Shown: positions 14,100 to 28,574, numbered from the stretch's first letter. The stretch: 64,000 nucleotides of DNA from the human T2T-CHM13v2.0 reference genome, Homo sapiens (GCA_009914755.4 CP086569.2:18816001-18880000); one strand, 5' to 3'. Made by a program: numbers and translations. Notes: a model not told the origin generated them from the sequence alone.

Positions 14100-17000
14100 T
14101 TTTGTTACAGAATTTTAGGGGAGTCACTTTGCCAGATGAAAACCCCTGTGGCCAGTGGTGCCTTTGCTTGAGTTTTTCCCAGGCCTGCTACATGTGTTCT
14201 ACCCACTCTGCCTGACAGGCTGCACTCAGCTTGCATTAAGAGCCAGCATTTATCACCTGCCAAGGGCAAGCATGGTGGAGTGGTGAGTGTTGTATGAGCA
14301 AGTGTGGGCTCCAACCACTAAACTCATCCAGGCATGCCAGCTGTGGCAAAACAAGAAATTTTAGGTGCCAGCAGAAGTTCCGTCTCACTGAGAAGCAGCA
14401 GCTGGGCCAGGCATACTGCAGGCAGCATCCACAGCTGATACTGTGAAACGTAGTGGGGCCCAGAAGCTTGGAGATGCCAGAAAATGCAAAGCCCCTAAGA
14501 GGGTGTCACAGTCATGGCATCGAGAGCCCCTAAGTCTGTGCACCCTGAAGGGCCACAGCTGTCCTCTTATTTTTGTGTTCCACACTACGATAAGCAAGGG
14601 GGCGAGTTTTATCCATAGTTGTGTTACAGGTCATTCAGCCCTGATAGTCAGCTGATCTCAAATTATTGTTCTGCATCCCAGAAGAGAGAGGTACATGCTG
14701 CCTTCAGTCTTTCCACCTCTACCTATAGAGATAAACCATGTGCTGGCTGAGGCCACAGTGATAGCCTCCCCTGAGTCAGTTGCCAGGTATGATAATGTTG
14801 ATTCTTCTCAGAGGCCACCCCCAACATCTCTGTTTGGTTCTAAGCCTATAACTAAACTAAAGTACTGGCGGGCTCTTTACGGTGATATTGAGAGTGCAAC
14901 CCATGAGAAGTTGTGGTAAACTGAAGAACAACTGTTTGAGTTCTATAATATACATGAACAGCAGGCTAGAGAACACAGAAGCAAATGGATATTAAGGGTA
15001 TGGGATAATAGCAGAAGGAACACAGGGTTGTATCAGGCTGAATTTATTGACTAGGGCTGACCTAGTAGGGACTCTGCATTTAAAGATGCAGCACAGGGAG
15101 CTAAGAATTTCTCATAGTTTATCTGCTTGGTTAGCTAAAATATGAATTCAAAGATGGCCCACTGTGAGTGAGCTCTATAAATGTCCGCTCTCCATTGGTT
15201 TAAAGTAAAGGATGAAATCCAAAGGCCTTGGGAGATTGGAATGGTGGAGTAGATTAGTTCACTTTAGACCTACTCATCCCAGCTGAGAGAGTCCAGAGGA
15301 TATACTCTTGATCAATGCCTTGTGAAATAGAGCAGTACCCGCATCTTTGAACAGCTCTGTAATTACTCTTCTCTGTGTGTCAGATCTAAGGGTGGGAACT
15401 GCAGCCACTAACTATAACATTTAAATACACTAGGGATAATTGAATCCCAAGGTGGCAGGAACCAAGTGGCAACACTCGACCATCAGAGGCAAGGTGGGTG
15501 TAGGTACCATAATGGACAGCTGTCGCAAAGCAGCAATCAGAAGAGTCTGACACCTGTGGAACCCTGGCACTGGCTAATTAATCAAGGTGTTCCTGGAAGT
15601 GAAATTGATAGAAAGCCTACTGCATTCCTACCTAAGTTATAGAAACAGAAAACTTTGGTGTCAAATAGATGAAGAACTATTCTAAATTATAAAGACAGAA
15701 CCACAGCTTCTCAACCTATTTCCACACCAGAGCCAATTTAAAGACACAGAACCCCTTGAATGAAGGGGAGGCTGGATCCCCTTGAGGAAAGACCCCACTC
15801 CATTACCAACAATTTATGCAGTGAATCTTTCTCTCCTTGTTCCTTAAGTAATGCCTGGACTTTTGTCAGGGTAACTGTGCATGGAAGAAAGGGAAATGAT
15901 CAGAATTTTCGGGCTACTGGACCCTGGATCTGAGCTGATACTGACTCCAGGAGACCCGAAACATCATTGTGGTTCTACAGTTAAAATAGAACCTTATGAA
16001 GGTCAGGCAATTAATAAAGTTTTAGCTTCCGTCAGACTTACAGTGGGTCGAGCGTGTACCTAGAGTCATCCTAAGGTCATTTTCCCAGTGCCAGAATGCA
16101 TTATTGGCATAGACACACTTAGCTGCTGGTAGAACCCCACATTTGCTTCCTGACCTGTAGGGTGAGGATTACTAAAATAGGAAAAGGCAAATGGAAGCCA
16201 TTTGAGCTTCCTCTACCTGAAAATACAGTAAATCCAAAACAATATCACAACCCCGGAGAGATTGTGAAGATTAGTACCATCATTAAGGACTTGAAAGACA
16301 CACAGTTGGTCATTACCAGCACATCTGAAAACAACTCTCCCATTTAACCTGTGCAGAAGACAAGTGGATCTTGGAGAATGACAGGAGATTTTGGTAAGCT
16401 TAACCACTTGGTGACTCGAATTGCAGCTGCTGTACCAAATGTGGTTTTATTGCTTGAGCAAATAAATATATCTCCTGGCATCTGGTATGCAGCCATTGAC
16501 TTGGCAAATGCCTTTTTCTTCACTCCTGTCCATAAGACCCACCAGAGGCAACTTGCCTTCACCCGACAATACCAGAAATACACCTTTACTCTCTTACCTC
16601 AGGGGTATACCAACTCTCTACCTTTGTGCCTTAATCTTTTTCAGAGAGATCTTGATTTCTTTTGGTGGCTGCAAGATATCACACTTGTCTGTTACACTGA
16701 TGACATTACGCTGATTTGATCCAGTGAGCAAGAAGTAGCAAACATACTGGACTTATTGGTGAGGCATGTTTATGCCAGATTATAGGAAATAAATCTGACT
16801 AAAATTCAGGGACCTTCTAGCTCAGTAAAATTTCTAGGGGTCCAGTGGTGTAAGACCTGTTGACATATTCCTGCTAAGGTAAAGAACAGTTTGCTGCATT
16901 TGGCCCCGATACAAACAAAAAAATGGGGGACAATGTCTAGTGGGTTTATTTGGATATTGGAGAAAACATATTCCTTATGTGAGGTTGTTACTCTCCCCCT

Positions 17001-19040
17001 TTTATTGAGCGACTTAAAAGGCTGCCAGTTGTGAGTAGTGTCCAGAACAGGAAAAAGCTGTGTAGAAGATCCAGGCAAGCTTTTCTGTCACTTGGGTCAT
17101 ATGACCTACAAGATATAATGGTGACTGAGGTGTCAGTGGTAGATAGGGGTGCTGTTTGGAGCCTAATGCCAGGATCTCACAGGTGAATCACAGCATAGGT
17201 CTCTAGGATTTTGAAGTAAGGGCCTGCCATCTTCTGCAGATAACCACTGTCCTATTGAGAGACAGCTCTTGGCCTGTTACTGGGTTTGGTGGAAGCTGAA
17301 CCCTTGTCTATAAGTCATCAAGTCACCAAGTGAACTGAAATGCCTATCATGAACTGGGTGCTTTCTGATCCATCTAGCCATAAAGTGGGTTGTCCATAGC
17401 AGAATTTTATCATCAAATGGAAGTGGTACATTCGTGCCCAGTCTCAAGCCAGTCCTGAAGGCACAAGTAATTTACATGCGTAACTGACTCAAATGCTCAT
17501 GTTCTCCAGTCTTGCCACCATGGCTTCTCCCCTCCAACCTGCACTGATAGTCTCATGGATAGTTCCCTGTGGTCAGTTGACAGAATAAGAGAAGACTATG
17601 GCCTGGCTCCAGATGGTTCTGCACCATATATGGAGCCACCACCCAAGAATGAACAGCTGCAGCAGTACAGATTTTTGCTGGGATATCCGTGAAGAACAGT
17701 GGTGAAGGGACCTCTTCCCAGTAGACTGAACGTCAAGGAGAAATAACCAGATGTGTGATTATATACTGGTTCATGGGCCATAACCAATGTTCTGGTTGGA
17801 TGATCAGGAACTTGGAAGAAGCATTATCAGTAAATAAGTGGCAAAGTAATTTAAGAGAGAGTTACGTAGATGAGCCTCTCTGAGTGGTCAAAAACTGTGA
17901 GGATATTTATATTTCATGTGAGTGTTCAACAACGGTGACCTCAGAAGAGGAAAAATTTTGTAAGCAAATGGATAGAATAAACCATCCTGTGGAAACCACT
18001 CAGTCTCTCTCCCGAGCTTCTGCTGTCATCACCCAGAGGGCCCATAAACAAAGTGGCCATGATTGCAGGGGTGAAGATTATGCACGGGTGCAGCAAAATG
18101 GACTTTTACTCACCAAAGCTAACCTGGCTATGGCCACTGCTGCATGCCCCATTTGCAAGCAACAGAGTCCAACACTGATCCGTCGATAGGGCACCATTTC
18201 TCAGGGTGCTTTCACTGGATATACGTTTGCCTATTCTGCATCCAATGCTTCTGCCAAGACTACCATCTGTGGACACGCTAAATACCTCATCCACCAACAT
18301 AGCATTCCACACAGCATTCCCTCTGACAAAGACACTCACCTTATGGCTAAAGAAGTGTGGCAGTGGGCTCCTGCTTATGTAATTCACTGGTCTTACCATG
18401 CCTCCCATCATCCTAGGGCAGCTGGATTAATAGAATGGTGAAATGGCCTTTTAAAGTTACAATTACAATACCAACCATGCGGCAAGACTTTGCAAACCTG
18501 GGGAAAAGTTCTCCAGACGGCAATGTATGTTCTGAATCAGTGTTGAACATATACTGTTTTTCCCATAGCCAGAATTATTGGGTACAGAAATCAAGGTGTG
18601 GAAGTGAAAATGTCCCCGCTCACCGTCACCCCTAGTGATCCACTAGCAAAATGTTTGCTTCCTGTTTCCTTTACATTATGTTCCGCGGGCTTACAGGTCT
18701 TAGTTCCAGGGGGAGAAATGTTGCCACCAGGAGACAGAATGACATTTCCATTAAACTGACAGTGAAGATTGTCCCCTTGGCATTTTGGGCTACTCCTGCC
18801 TTTCAGTCAACAGGCTAAGGAAGTGACAGTGTTGGCTGTGGTGACTGACTTGCATTAGCAAGATAAAGTCAGTCTACTATTTTACAATGGAGGCATGGAA
18901 GAATATACATGGAACACAGGAGATCCATTAGGGTGCCTGATAGTATTTAACTGCCCTGAGGTTAAGATCAACGGAAAATTACAACAGCCTAATTTTGACA
19001 GGACTGTGAGTGATCCAGAACCTTCAGGAATTAAGGTTTG
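14100..19040 (+). mobile_element. ERVL (class III endogenous retrovirus) internal region, decayed: protease-like, RT, integrase, dUTPase
   Basis: Four ORF-level hits:
- ORF 15881-16063 is a protease-like stretch (LLDPGSELILT).
- ORF 16351-16719 carries RT motifs (LPQGYTNSL and YTDD).
- ORF 17884-18189 ends in an integrase zinc-finger stretch (H...H...CPICKQ). The integrase core continues at 18,190-18,640.
- 18,690-19,040 translates, with stops, to dUTPase motifs: RLSPWHFGLL, VVTDLH.QDKVSLLFYNGG, GDPLGCLIVF and SDPEPSGIKVW.
A dUTPase placed after integrase is the ERVL layout. The boundaries are approximate. Confidence 0.6.
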
Positions 19041-19057
19041 GGTTACTCTAACAGAAA

Positions 19058-19372
19058 AGAAAGGAAGAAAGCAAGCAAGCAAGCCAGCAAGCAAGCCAGC
19101 CAGCAAGAAAGCAAGCAAGCAAGCAGGCAAGCAGGCAATCAGGCAAGCAGGCAAGCAGGCAAGCACGCAAGCACGCAAGCACGCAAGCACGCAAGCAAAC
19201 AAGAAAGAAAGAAGAAAAGAGAGAGAGGGAGGAAGGAAGAAAAGAAGGAAGGAAGGAAGGGAGGAAGGAAAGAAGGAAGGAATAGAGGAAGCAAGGGAGG
19301 AAGGAATGGAGGAAGGAAGGAAATAAAGAAGGAAGGAAGAAAGGAAATAAGTAAGTAAGGAAGGAAGGGGAT
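19058..19372. repeat. Compound (CAAG)n/(CAGG)n/(GAAG)n/(GGAA)n microsatellite
   Basis: gcaagcaagccagcaagc...gcacgcaagcacgcaagc...ggaaggaaggaagg. It creates low-complexity ORFs on both strands (18882-19417). Confidence 0.9.
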
Positions 19373-19699
19373 TAGGGGTCTCAGCTGAGGTGTTTGTTGA
19401 ACGCCAAGGGAACACATAAAGGTTGGTAGAAGAAGGTAGACATCAACACCAGCTACAGCCAGGTGACCAGCTGCAGAAATGAGGACTTTAATTGTTCTAA
19501 ACAGTTCCTCTTTTTGTTAAAAAAAAGTTTGTGTGTGTATACACATGTAATAGTACCTTCATTTTTCTTTTTCTTTATTATGTGACATTAGATTTATTGA
19601 CATCAAATCAACATTTGAGTATGGTTAACTTCACATAATAGTGCTTGGATTTGGGATTGGTCAATTACTGGTTGTAATAAAGATAGTTGTATTACGTTA

Positions 19700-20000
19700 G
19701 GTGTAATCATGATGTTATTATTTTCTTTACTTGAGGATTAGGTATTCCCTTAGGAGATGTGTATGGGTTCAAGTTGTCAAGGGGTGGATTTGTGATGGTT
19801 AATACCGAGTGTTGACTTCGTTGGATTGAGGCATACAGGGTATTAATCCTGGGTGTATCTGTTGGAAGTTTTCCCCGAAACAATCTTTGAATCAGCGGGC
19901 TGTGGAATGCAGATCCACCTTATTCTTGTGGGCACAATCTAATCAGCTTTTAGTGAATATAAATCTGGTAGAAAAATGTAAATTCATGAGATGAGCCTAG
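19700..20000 (+). mobile_element. MLT/MaLR-type (ERVL-related) LTR fragment, possibly the 3' LTR of the adjacent ERVL
   Basis: ...cttattcttgtgggcacaatctaatcagc resembles the conserved MLT/MaLR core gtgggtgggcaccatccaatcagt. It sits immediately 3' of the ERVL dUTPase. Confidence 0.3.
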
Positions 20001-22849
20001 CCTCCAAACCATGGTTAACTACCATGTTGTTGCTAGCTGCTAAAGTTTGGAAACAATTTTTTTAATCAAATGTAAAAGATTTTACGCTGTACAAATTAAC
20101 CTCCTTTTTTGATTTATCTTAACATTTCCACATACATTTTTCTATTACAGCTACTTCTTCATTCACTTGTTTTTATTTTCTCTAATTGGCTCATGTAAAT
20201 GTTTGTGAATGTATTTATTTCTGGTTAATTTAGAACATGAGAGAGCATAACAAATCGCGATCAAAGTTTCCCACTATAAAAATCTTCTATCAGAAACAAT
20301 TTTAGAAAAGTAGAAGATACATCAGTGTTAATTCTACTCAACAACTTTAGCAAAAGCAAGAGTTCTCTAACCCCAGCTATAATCCTTGAAATCTTTGTTT
20401 TGCTTTGGCTTGGTTATTATAATGGCTTAGCAACTTTTATGTCATAAGACATATTTAATTTTTGCCTTACGATAAATATTATGCCCATTGTGCTTGCATA
20501 ATGTAGTGTGCCAATCCACAAGTGTGTATGTCTTTTCTGTATGCCTTCCAGCTGTAGTCAAGTTTAGTTCTATCCCAAAAGCCATTCATTGAGTTTTCTT
20601 AATTGCCACCCCCAAAATAGAGGCTGCCTAGCTTTGCTTTTTTTTTTTTTCTTTGCTATACTAGTGTTTTACGGAAATATTTAAAAAGTAATGGGAAAAG
20701 AAAAGGGGAGAAAAATAAATATATGCTTTACTATTTAATCATTGACTAACTGAACTGACTTTGCTTTACTAACACTTACCTTAACTTGAATCAACAGAAC
20801 TTTACAAAAGCTTCTTAAAATTCTTCTGATTTATAGAAACCAAAGATTGAGTTAAGTAATCTTGAAAATATAAAATCAAAGTGTGCTTTTCTTATGTACA
20901 ATTTTCTGGAGAGATGATCTATCACTGTTAATTTATCAAAGAGAGGCCTGAGACTCTAGATTTTAAGATATTTATCAGCTTTTCTAATCTCTCAGGGCTA
21001 GATGCTAGTAACCACCTTACCAATTCCACTTCTAGTCATGAACCAGGCTTAGGGTAAAAAGAAAGTAAAATCTATTGACTTACAGAAACCCTAGCCACTC
21101 ACATGGACTGTCTGTTACCTCCATGAGCTCAATGTCTATAACTGTTTGCCTTCCACGGTCTGCTCCAGCCACAGTGACCTGGCTGTTTTTCAAACAATTT
21201 AAGCAGACGTCTGGTGGAGGTCATCAAACTTGTTGATCTTGATGCATGCTTGTGTGATTATTACCTTATTATTTTATTTAGATATTTACTTCAAAGTCAC
21301 TTTAGAGACTAATTATTTTATGCTTGTCTCACATGAGTCCAAGCTGTACTCAATAGAGAATTTTACCTCATGCATTTTATATGAAATTGATAGGATCAAT
21401 TAATATAAAGCAAACAAAAAACCTTACACTATAAACACTAAAACAAACAAATAAAAAATCTAGAAACCCAAATTAAAAGTGTAACATTTAACTTCAGCAT
21501 TTGAAACAACATTTTCATGGGACAAAATTTAGATCTCCTAAATAAAAATAAACTGAGATTAGAAAACAGTTCATGCTTCACAACTAAAACTGAAACAAAA
21601 TTGCAGAGCAGGCAGCGTCAAACCATTCAAAGAAATCTCAAACAAATAAAAAACCGTCTACACCCAGGAAACCAATAGTTCACCAATAGTTCACATCAAC
21701 CAAGGAAACACTTAATCAAGAGAGACAATTTTAAAACAGTTAATGTTTTGGATTGTCATACTGCCTCCCAGACACAGATGAAGCCTGCAAAACTGAAATC
21801 CACATTTTCAATTTGAGGCCCTGATTCCTGATTCTAGAAGGAGTAAAACAGCCCTTATGTGCTAATTTATTGTGTTTGTTCTAGTCTTTCTAGAGAATAA
21901 ACGATGAATTGATTAGTCATTTTTATTTCTGTTTTGCCAAAGTCAGAAGTCACTCTTGGTTGAAAATGCCAGGAATTGGTCACAAACATTTAGGTTCCTG
22001 AGAACCAACAATGCAGTTACTTCATATAATTGACAATCTGATAATACATATTCAGTTTTTTTTTTAATAATAGCTTGTATACTGCTCTTATACAAAATGC
22101 TATTTAAGTGGATACTAAGCTGCCAATAACTAAGAAGACACCTTGGAGAAATGAAGAACATTTATAACTTGTAAAATAATACACAAGCAGAAAATGTCTA
22201 GATAAAAATAAGCTCGAGAAATCTGTGTCTAACCCTCCCCCCACCAAAATAAAGCTATTACTATTACCTAGCAAAGATAATTACTACTATTATGCTTATT
22301 ATCGGCAGCTATTACATACAAAAACTATACAAATTTAATTTCATGGACAGTCTGTGTGTGGAGACATAGTCTGAGACAATATAATATAATTTGAGAAGAA
22401 CAGAAAAGTACAGGAGCAGAGTACCTTTATATTGTTGAACTTAGACTTTAGATTATTTAAATAAGGTAGTATTATCCAACGTAGGCTATTTTAAGTTTAG
22501 AATATTTATTGAGGTCCCAAATGTAACTAACTATAATATAAAATATATAGAAAAAGAAAGTTTTGAGAAATTAAGAAATTTTTCTGAAAGATCAAAGGAG
22601 AAATTTAAAAATTCAGATAAGGTAAGGAACATACAGAAAGCAAGTAATTAAATATCAGAGTGAATAGTGTTTTACGTTTAATAACTTTAAATGTGAGCTC
22701 TTTCATAAAAACGCACAGAATAATGCAAATGTACCTTTAAAAGAAGGGTTCACATATGTGATTTCCCTGCAAGTGTTGCTTTAAGTGCAAAGAGAGAGAT
22801 TGAAAGTAAAATGATACAGGTTCTTGGAAAAACGAGACAATGGATTACA

Positions 22850-23290
22850 GAGCACTATGTATCTGTCCCTTCAACTATTCAATATGTGCAGTGGCGGAAT
22901 CGCTATGACGCAAATAGTTTGGAATTATAGATCCTATCTGAAGTTTTGAAGCTTTCAAAAGACGATTTGTAAAGTCAACAACAATTAAGTTCGATCAACT
23001 TTATAGCATAGGTCAACAGCAGTTATTTATTCCTATCAACTATTGCCGTGGTGTGCAGCCTTGCAAATACTTCTGGAGCAGCTGGCAATAGCCACGATAG
23101 GCAAAAAAGACCTTATCCTCCAAATCTCAGGAGGACTGGCTAACCGATTGCTGTTTCTTATTACGGAGGTCCTGCGAGTGGTGAACAGTCATTTTTCATT
23201 TTCCAAACCTTTTACAGGCTTTTTCTCCTCCTACTCAAGTAACTTTCAGACGATTTACAAAGGCAGAGCCTTTCTTTCCTAATTTTTCTT
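22850..23290. other. Locally CpG-enriched unique segment at the outer edge of the left arm (about 11 CpGs in 400 bp against near-zero background)
   Basis: ggcggaatcgctatgacgcaaatag...aagacgatttg...gttcgatcaac...ttgccgtggtg...gccacgatagg...ctaaccgattg...attacggaggtcctgcgagtgg...cagacgatttac. Its mirror runs off the window at 63,770-64,000. No recognisable repeat family or protein domain. Confidence 0.5.
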
Positions 23291-23608
23291 TTCTTTTTCT
23301 CTCTCTTTAGAGGCCAGAGAATGATAGACAAAACATTCAAAGAAAACATATGTAAGTGAAAATTTAGAATAAAATGTGTTGCTACACATCTGTGCTCCAC
23401 AATGATGTAGCCTCAAGAAAAGCCCCCAACAAAATCAGTAAGACTGATTGTCATGACAGAAATAGCCTAGATGATGAATAAACAAATCCCTAGCAAGCTA
23501 CAGAGGGAGAAAATCTGATTTTCAAAGGTACAACACTTGAAAATTTATATGCCTGTTTTCGACACCAACAGAATCACATAGCATAAGGTGAAATAAGAAA
23601 GTGTGGTT

Positions 23609-24000
<392 letters not shown>

Positions 24001-24227
24001 TCACCCTAGAAAGAAAAAAAATCACTAACAGAAGCTTTTCCCAGGTGGCCCAAATGGCAGGCTAACTAAAAAATAATTTTTTAAATTCATGATTTTTTTT
24101 AGAAAGCTAATGCAATGAAGAAAAGCACAGAAAGCCATGAACAGAAAAAAATTATTAATAGACAGTAAACTTACAATAAAGTAAACTCACAGTAAAACTA
24201 AGAAGGAAATTCTAGGCCAGGTTCAGT

Positions 24228-24480
24228 GGTTCTCTCTCTCTCTCTCTCTCTCTCTCTAATCTATCTAACTACCTACCTATCTATCTATCTATACATATAT
24301 CTTAGACTTTAGATTATGTTAGACTTTAGTCTATATATATATAGAATACATAAAAATATATTTCTATATTATATATAATATATTTTTATTTAATATATAA
24401 TATAAATATATGTGTATATATGTGTATATATATGTGTGTGTGTATATATATTATATATATATACTTATATATCTGGAGCT
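24228..24480. repeat. Compound (CT)n/(CTAT)n/(TA)n/(TATG)n microsatellite
   Basis: Seen directly. Mirror at about 62,582-62,834. Confidence 0.85.
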
Positions 24481-24506
24481 GAAAAGTTAAACAACTGTCA
24501 CTAAAA

Positions 24507-24812
24507 TTTACTACAGCCTGGCACAGTGGCTCACGCCTGCAGTCTTAGCAGTTTGGGAGGCCAAGTCGGTTAGACCATGAGGTCAAATGATGAAGATTTT
24601 CCTGGCCAATATGGTGAAACCTTGTCTTTACTAAAAAACACAAAAATTAGCAGGGTGTGGTGGCATGAGCCTGTAGTCCCAGCTACTTGAGAGGCTGAGG
24701 CAGGATAATTGTTTGAAATCAGGAGGTAGAGGTTGCAGTCAGCCAAGGTGGCCTCACTGAACTCCACCCTGGTGACAGAGGAAAACTCAATCAAAAACAA
24801 ACAAACAAAAAA
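24507..24812 (+). mobile_element. Alu (plus), A-rich tail (caaacaaacaaaaaaa)
   Basis: ggcacagtggctcacgcctgcagtc...ggtgaaaccttgtctttactaaaaa...gtagtcccagctacttgagaggctgaggcagg. Mirror at 62,250-62,555 (-). Confidence 0.85.
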
Positions 24813-25299
24813 ACTCTACGGAGATTTAAAAGGACACTTGAGAAGATAGAAGAACAAACTATCAGCAGATCTAAGAAAAGGGCAGTTGAAATTGTTAAGT
24901 CAAGAAGGGAACAAATAAATAAATAAATAAATAAAAACTGTGAAAACAACCTAGAAACCAGTGGGACACCATCAAGCAGTCCTCCTAAAGGAGACTAAAA
25001 CAGTAGTGGTCAGAAAGGTCATAAATTTGAGGAAATAAATAAACACCAAAGAAGTTCAACAAACTCCAAGCAGCATAAACTCAAACACATTCAAACTTAC
25101 TTGATAATTAACCTTTCTAAAACAAAAACAACTTGAAACTTGAAAGTTGCAAGAGAAGTGACTGGTCATGTAAAAAGAACCCCCATGAGTAATCAGTGGA
25201 TTTCTTTTCGGAAAATTCAGAGGTCAGAAAGCAGTAGACTAAGATATGCCAAATGCTGTAAGAAAAAAACTTTTAACAGAAATCTTATGCCTACACTAA

Positions 25300-26150
25300 C
25301 TGCCCATCAAAAGTGAGAGAGATATTATAAAATTCCCATGTAAAAGCTGCAGTCTTTTACCAGTAGACTACCCTTTAAGAAATGCTTTATGGAGTATTTC
25401 AGGATAAAATGAACAGACATGAAACAGCAGTGTGAATAAGTAAAGATTAAGGAAAAGATAAATATATAAACAATATAAAAGATACAAAAATGTGCACCTC
25501 CACAATTGGAAATGGAAGTGGGAAAATGTGAAAGAAAAATGCTGCAGCTACTGTGGAAAATAGTTTGGTGGTTCTGCAAAAGCTAAACATAAAATTACCA
25601 TAGAACCCCCAAAATGCACTCCAAGCTATATACACAAAAAAAAATGTAAAAGAGGTATTCAAACAAAAATATGTATGCGTATGTTCATAGCAGCATTCAC
25701 AATAACTAAAATCTGGAAACACACCAAATAAATGTCCACCAACAAAAAATAAGAAACAAAATGTAGTATGTCCATACAACGGCATACTATTCAGCTGTGA
25801 AAAGGATTACAACTCTAATGCTACAATGTGAAGAAACTTAAATTTTGGCTCAAGAAGCTGAGCCAAAAGTCACATAGTGTATGATTTTATTTGTATAAAT
25901 ATTTAGAGTAGGTAAATCCATAGAGAAAAAATGCAGATTATTGGTGCTGGTGTCAGAAAGAGGACAGATTGGGTAGGAGCTTCTTAATAAGTAGGGTATT
26001 TCCTTTTGGAATAATGAAAATACTTTGGAACTAAGATGTGGTAGTTGCACACAAATATGCACGTACTAAAGATCACTAAGGAATTCATTAAGAAACAGTT
26101 AATTTTATATTACATGAAGGAATTTAACCTCACTAAAAAGACAAAATTTC
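25300..26150 (+). mobile_element. Old L1 (L1M/L1PB-like) 3'-end fragment
   Basis: ccatagaaccc...tatgttcatagcagcattcacaataactaaaatctggaaacacaccaaataaatgtccaccaac...acggcatactattcagc...ttttatattacatgaaggaatttaacctcactaaaaag, which parallels the L1 3'-terminal consensus. Mirror at 60,912-61,762 (-). Confidence 0.7.
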
Positions 26151-26689
26151 TTCCTCAGCATTCTCTCAGCAACGTGAGCGCTCTTTCCACAGAGTGCTTG
26201 CAGCATGGGGTTCTGATCCCTCCACAGTCCAGAACTGCCTGGGGCCAGGCCAGCCACACACTAGACATGAACTCCCGCCACCCTGTCCAGCAGCCCCTCG
26301 ACCTGTTACCAGTGGAAGTTATCTGAGTTACTGGCGTCAAATCTATCATGGTCTGCAGTAACCTCAACTCTTGCCTCCTCAGGAGAAAGAATTTGACTGA
26401 GGGGAGTAAAGTAGCAAAGGAGACTGAGAAAGGTTTCACAGCAAAAGGGGATGTTTATTTAAAATATTTTAGAGTAAGAAAAAGAGAAGAGTGCGTTAGG
26501 AAGAGATCCAAGTGGGTGATATGAATATATACCATATATATGACTTGCAAATATTGTGTCCCATGCTGGTGGTTTTCTTTCCACTATACTGACAGTGTCT
26601 TTTGACGCACAAAAGTGTTTAGTTTTGATGAAGTTCAAGTGATCTATTTTTTCTTATGTTTTGTGTTCAGTCAGTGATATAGCCAAGAA

Positions 26690-27000
26690 ATCATTTACAA
26701 ATCCACAGCCAATAAGCACATGAAAAGATGTTCGAAATCACTAGCCACTTAATGCAGGAATATCTAAACCACAATGAGATTACCACTTTATCCCCATTGG
26801 AATTTTTCTTTCTTTCTTTTTCTTTTTTTTTTAAAAGAAAACTTTGAGAGTATGTGGAGAAATTGGAAGCCTTGTACATTGCTGGTGAGATTGTGAAATG
26901 GTGGTGATGTTTGCACAATTTGAGCATAGTTAATGCTTCCAAATTATACACTCAAAGTGTTTGAAATGGTACATTTGTTTATGTATGATTTTCCACTTAC
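26690..27000 (+). mobile_element. Old L1 3'-region fragment (separate piece)
   Basis: cagccaataagcacatgaaaagatgttcgaaatcactagccacttaatgcaggaatatctaaaccacaatgagattaccactt...gtggagaaattggaagccttgtacattgctggtgagattgtgaaatggt. Mirror at 60,062-60,372 (-). Confidence 0.6.
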
Positions 27001-27941
27001 AACAAAAGCTTCCTCAGAAATTGTCCTAAAATAGTTCCATGAGTGATGAAAGAAGACGCTCCTCTCCTATCATGAGTAGAAGCCTATTTATTTATTCATG
27101 CCATTATACGCACTCTTGACTCTTCCACATGCCCAGCATGATCTCATCAAGCAGAATGAGTCTCTTCTCATCTGGCCCATTTGTGCTCCTTTCCATAATT
27201 GCATTCTCCTTTTCAACTCACTACCTGCCCGCTAAAAACAACTGTAAGTTACAGGCCAGTTTACTGTCTCTATAAATATTTCTTCTCTGTAACGTAATAG
27301 AAATGAAATCATACAATATGTCACCTCTTCAGACTGGCTCTTATCACTTTGCTTTGTGAATGCCCGATTCATCCATGGCTTTGCATGACTTCATAAATCA
27401 CTCCTTTTGTTTTGATGAATAGTATTTCATTTTATGAATTTACCTGGCTTGGTTAATATTGAAGGGCATCCTGATTCCTTCAAGTATGTGGCCATTGTCA
27501 AGAGAGCAGTTATACATAAATGCTTGTGGTTTTTGGTTAGATGTGAGTTTCCAAATCAGTTGTTTAGATACCTAAGTGTTAACAATTGTTAGCCTATATG
27601 TTGAGACCATGTCCGCCTTTGGAAAAAACTGTCAAACTCTTTCAGAAGAAAACAACCATATTTTAAAGTTGCTGTACAATTATGCATTCCTTCAGCAATG
27701 AATGAGATTTTCTGTTGCAGTTTTGAGTATATTTAAAAAGAAATTTAGACATAGTATAGCTGTTTAGTGCTCACACTCTTATTTTAATTTGCCTTCCCCG
27801 AACGGCAGGTGTTGTTGAGCATTATTTTGTTGTTATTGTTTGTTCATTAATCTATGATTGCTGCCAAAAAGCATACATGTGTTGTGCCACAGAAACCCAA
27901 TTTTAAAAAACGTACTCTCAGCTCTACTTGGTAAAAAATAA

Positions 27942-28420
<479 letters not shown>

Positions 28421-28574
28421 TGACTTGCTGTTTGGTTTTTACTTACTACTGTTACTGTGTTTTCTGTCTTGAGAATACCAAAATAGTAATGCATTGTACC
28501 AAGCCTTCTAAAATAACTGCCTAAAAATGTAATTGAGTCCTTTTGTTGTTGTTGTTCTGTTCTGTTTGTTGTTG

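Noticed and set aside
18882-19417. ORFs of 177, 143, 106 and 92 aa overlapping on both strands
   Set aside because: Low-complexity translations (KQASKQAS..., LPSFLPSF...) of the CAAG/GGAA compound microsatellite, not coding.
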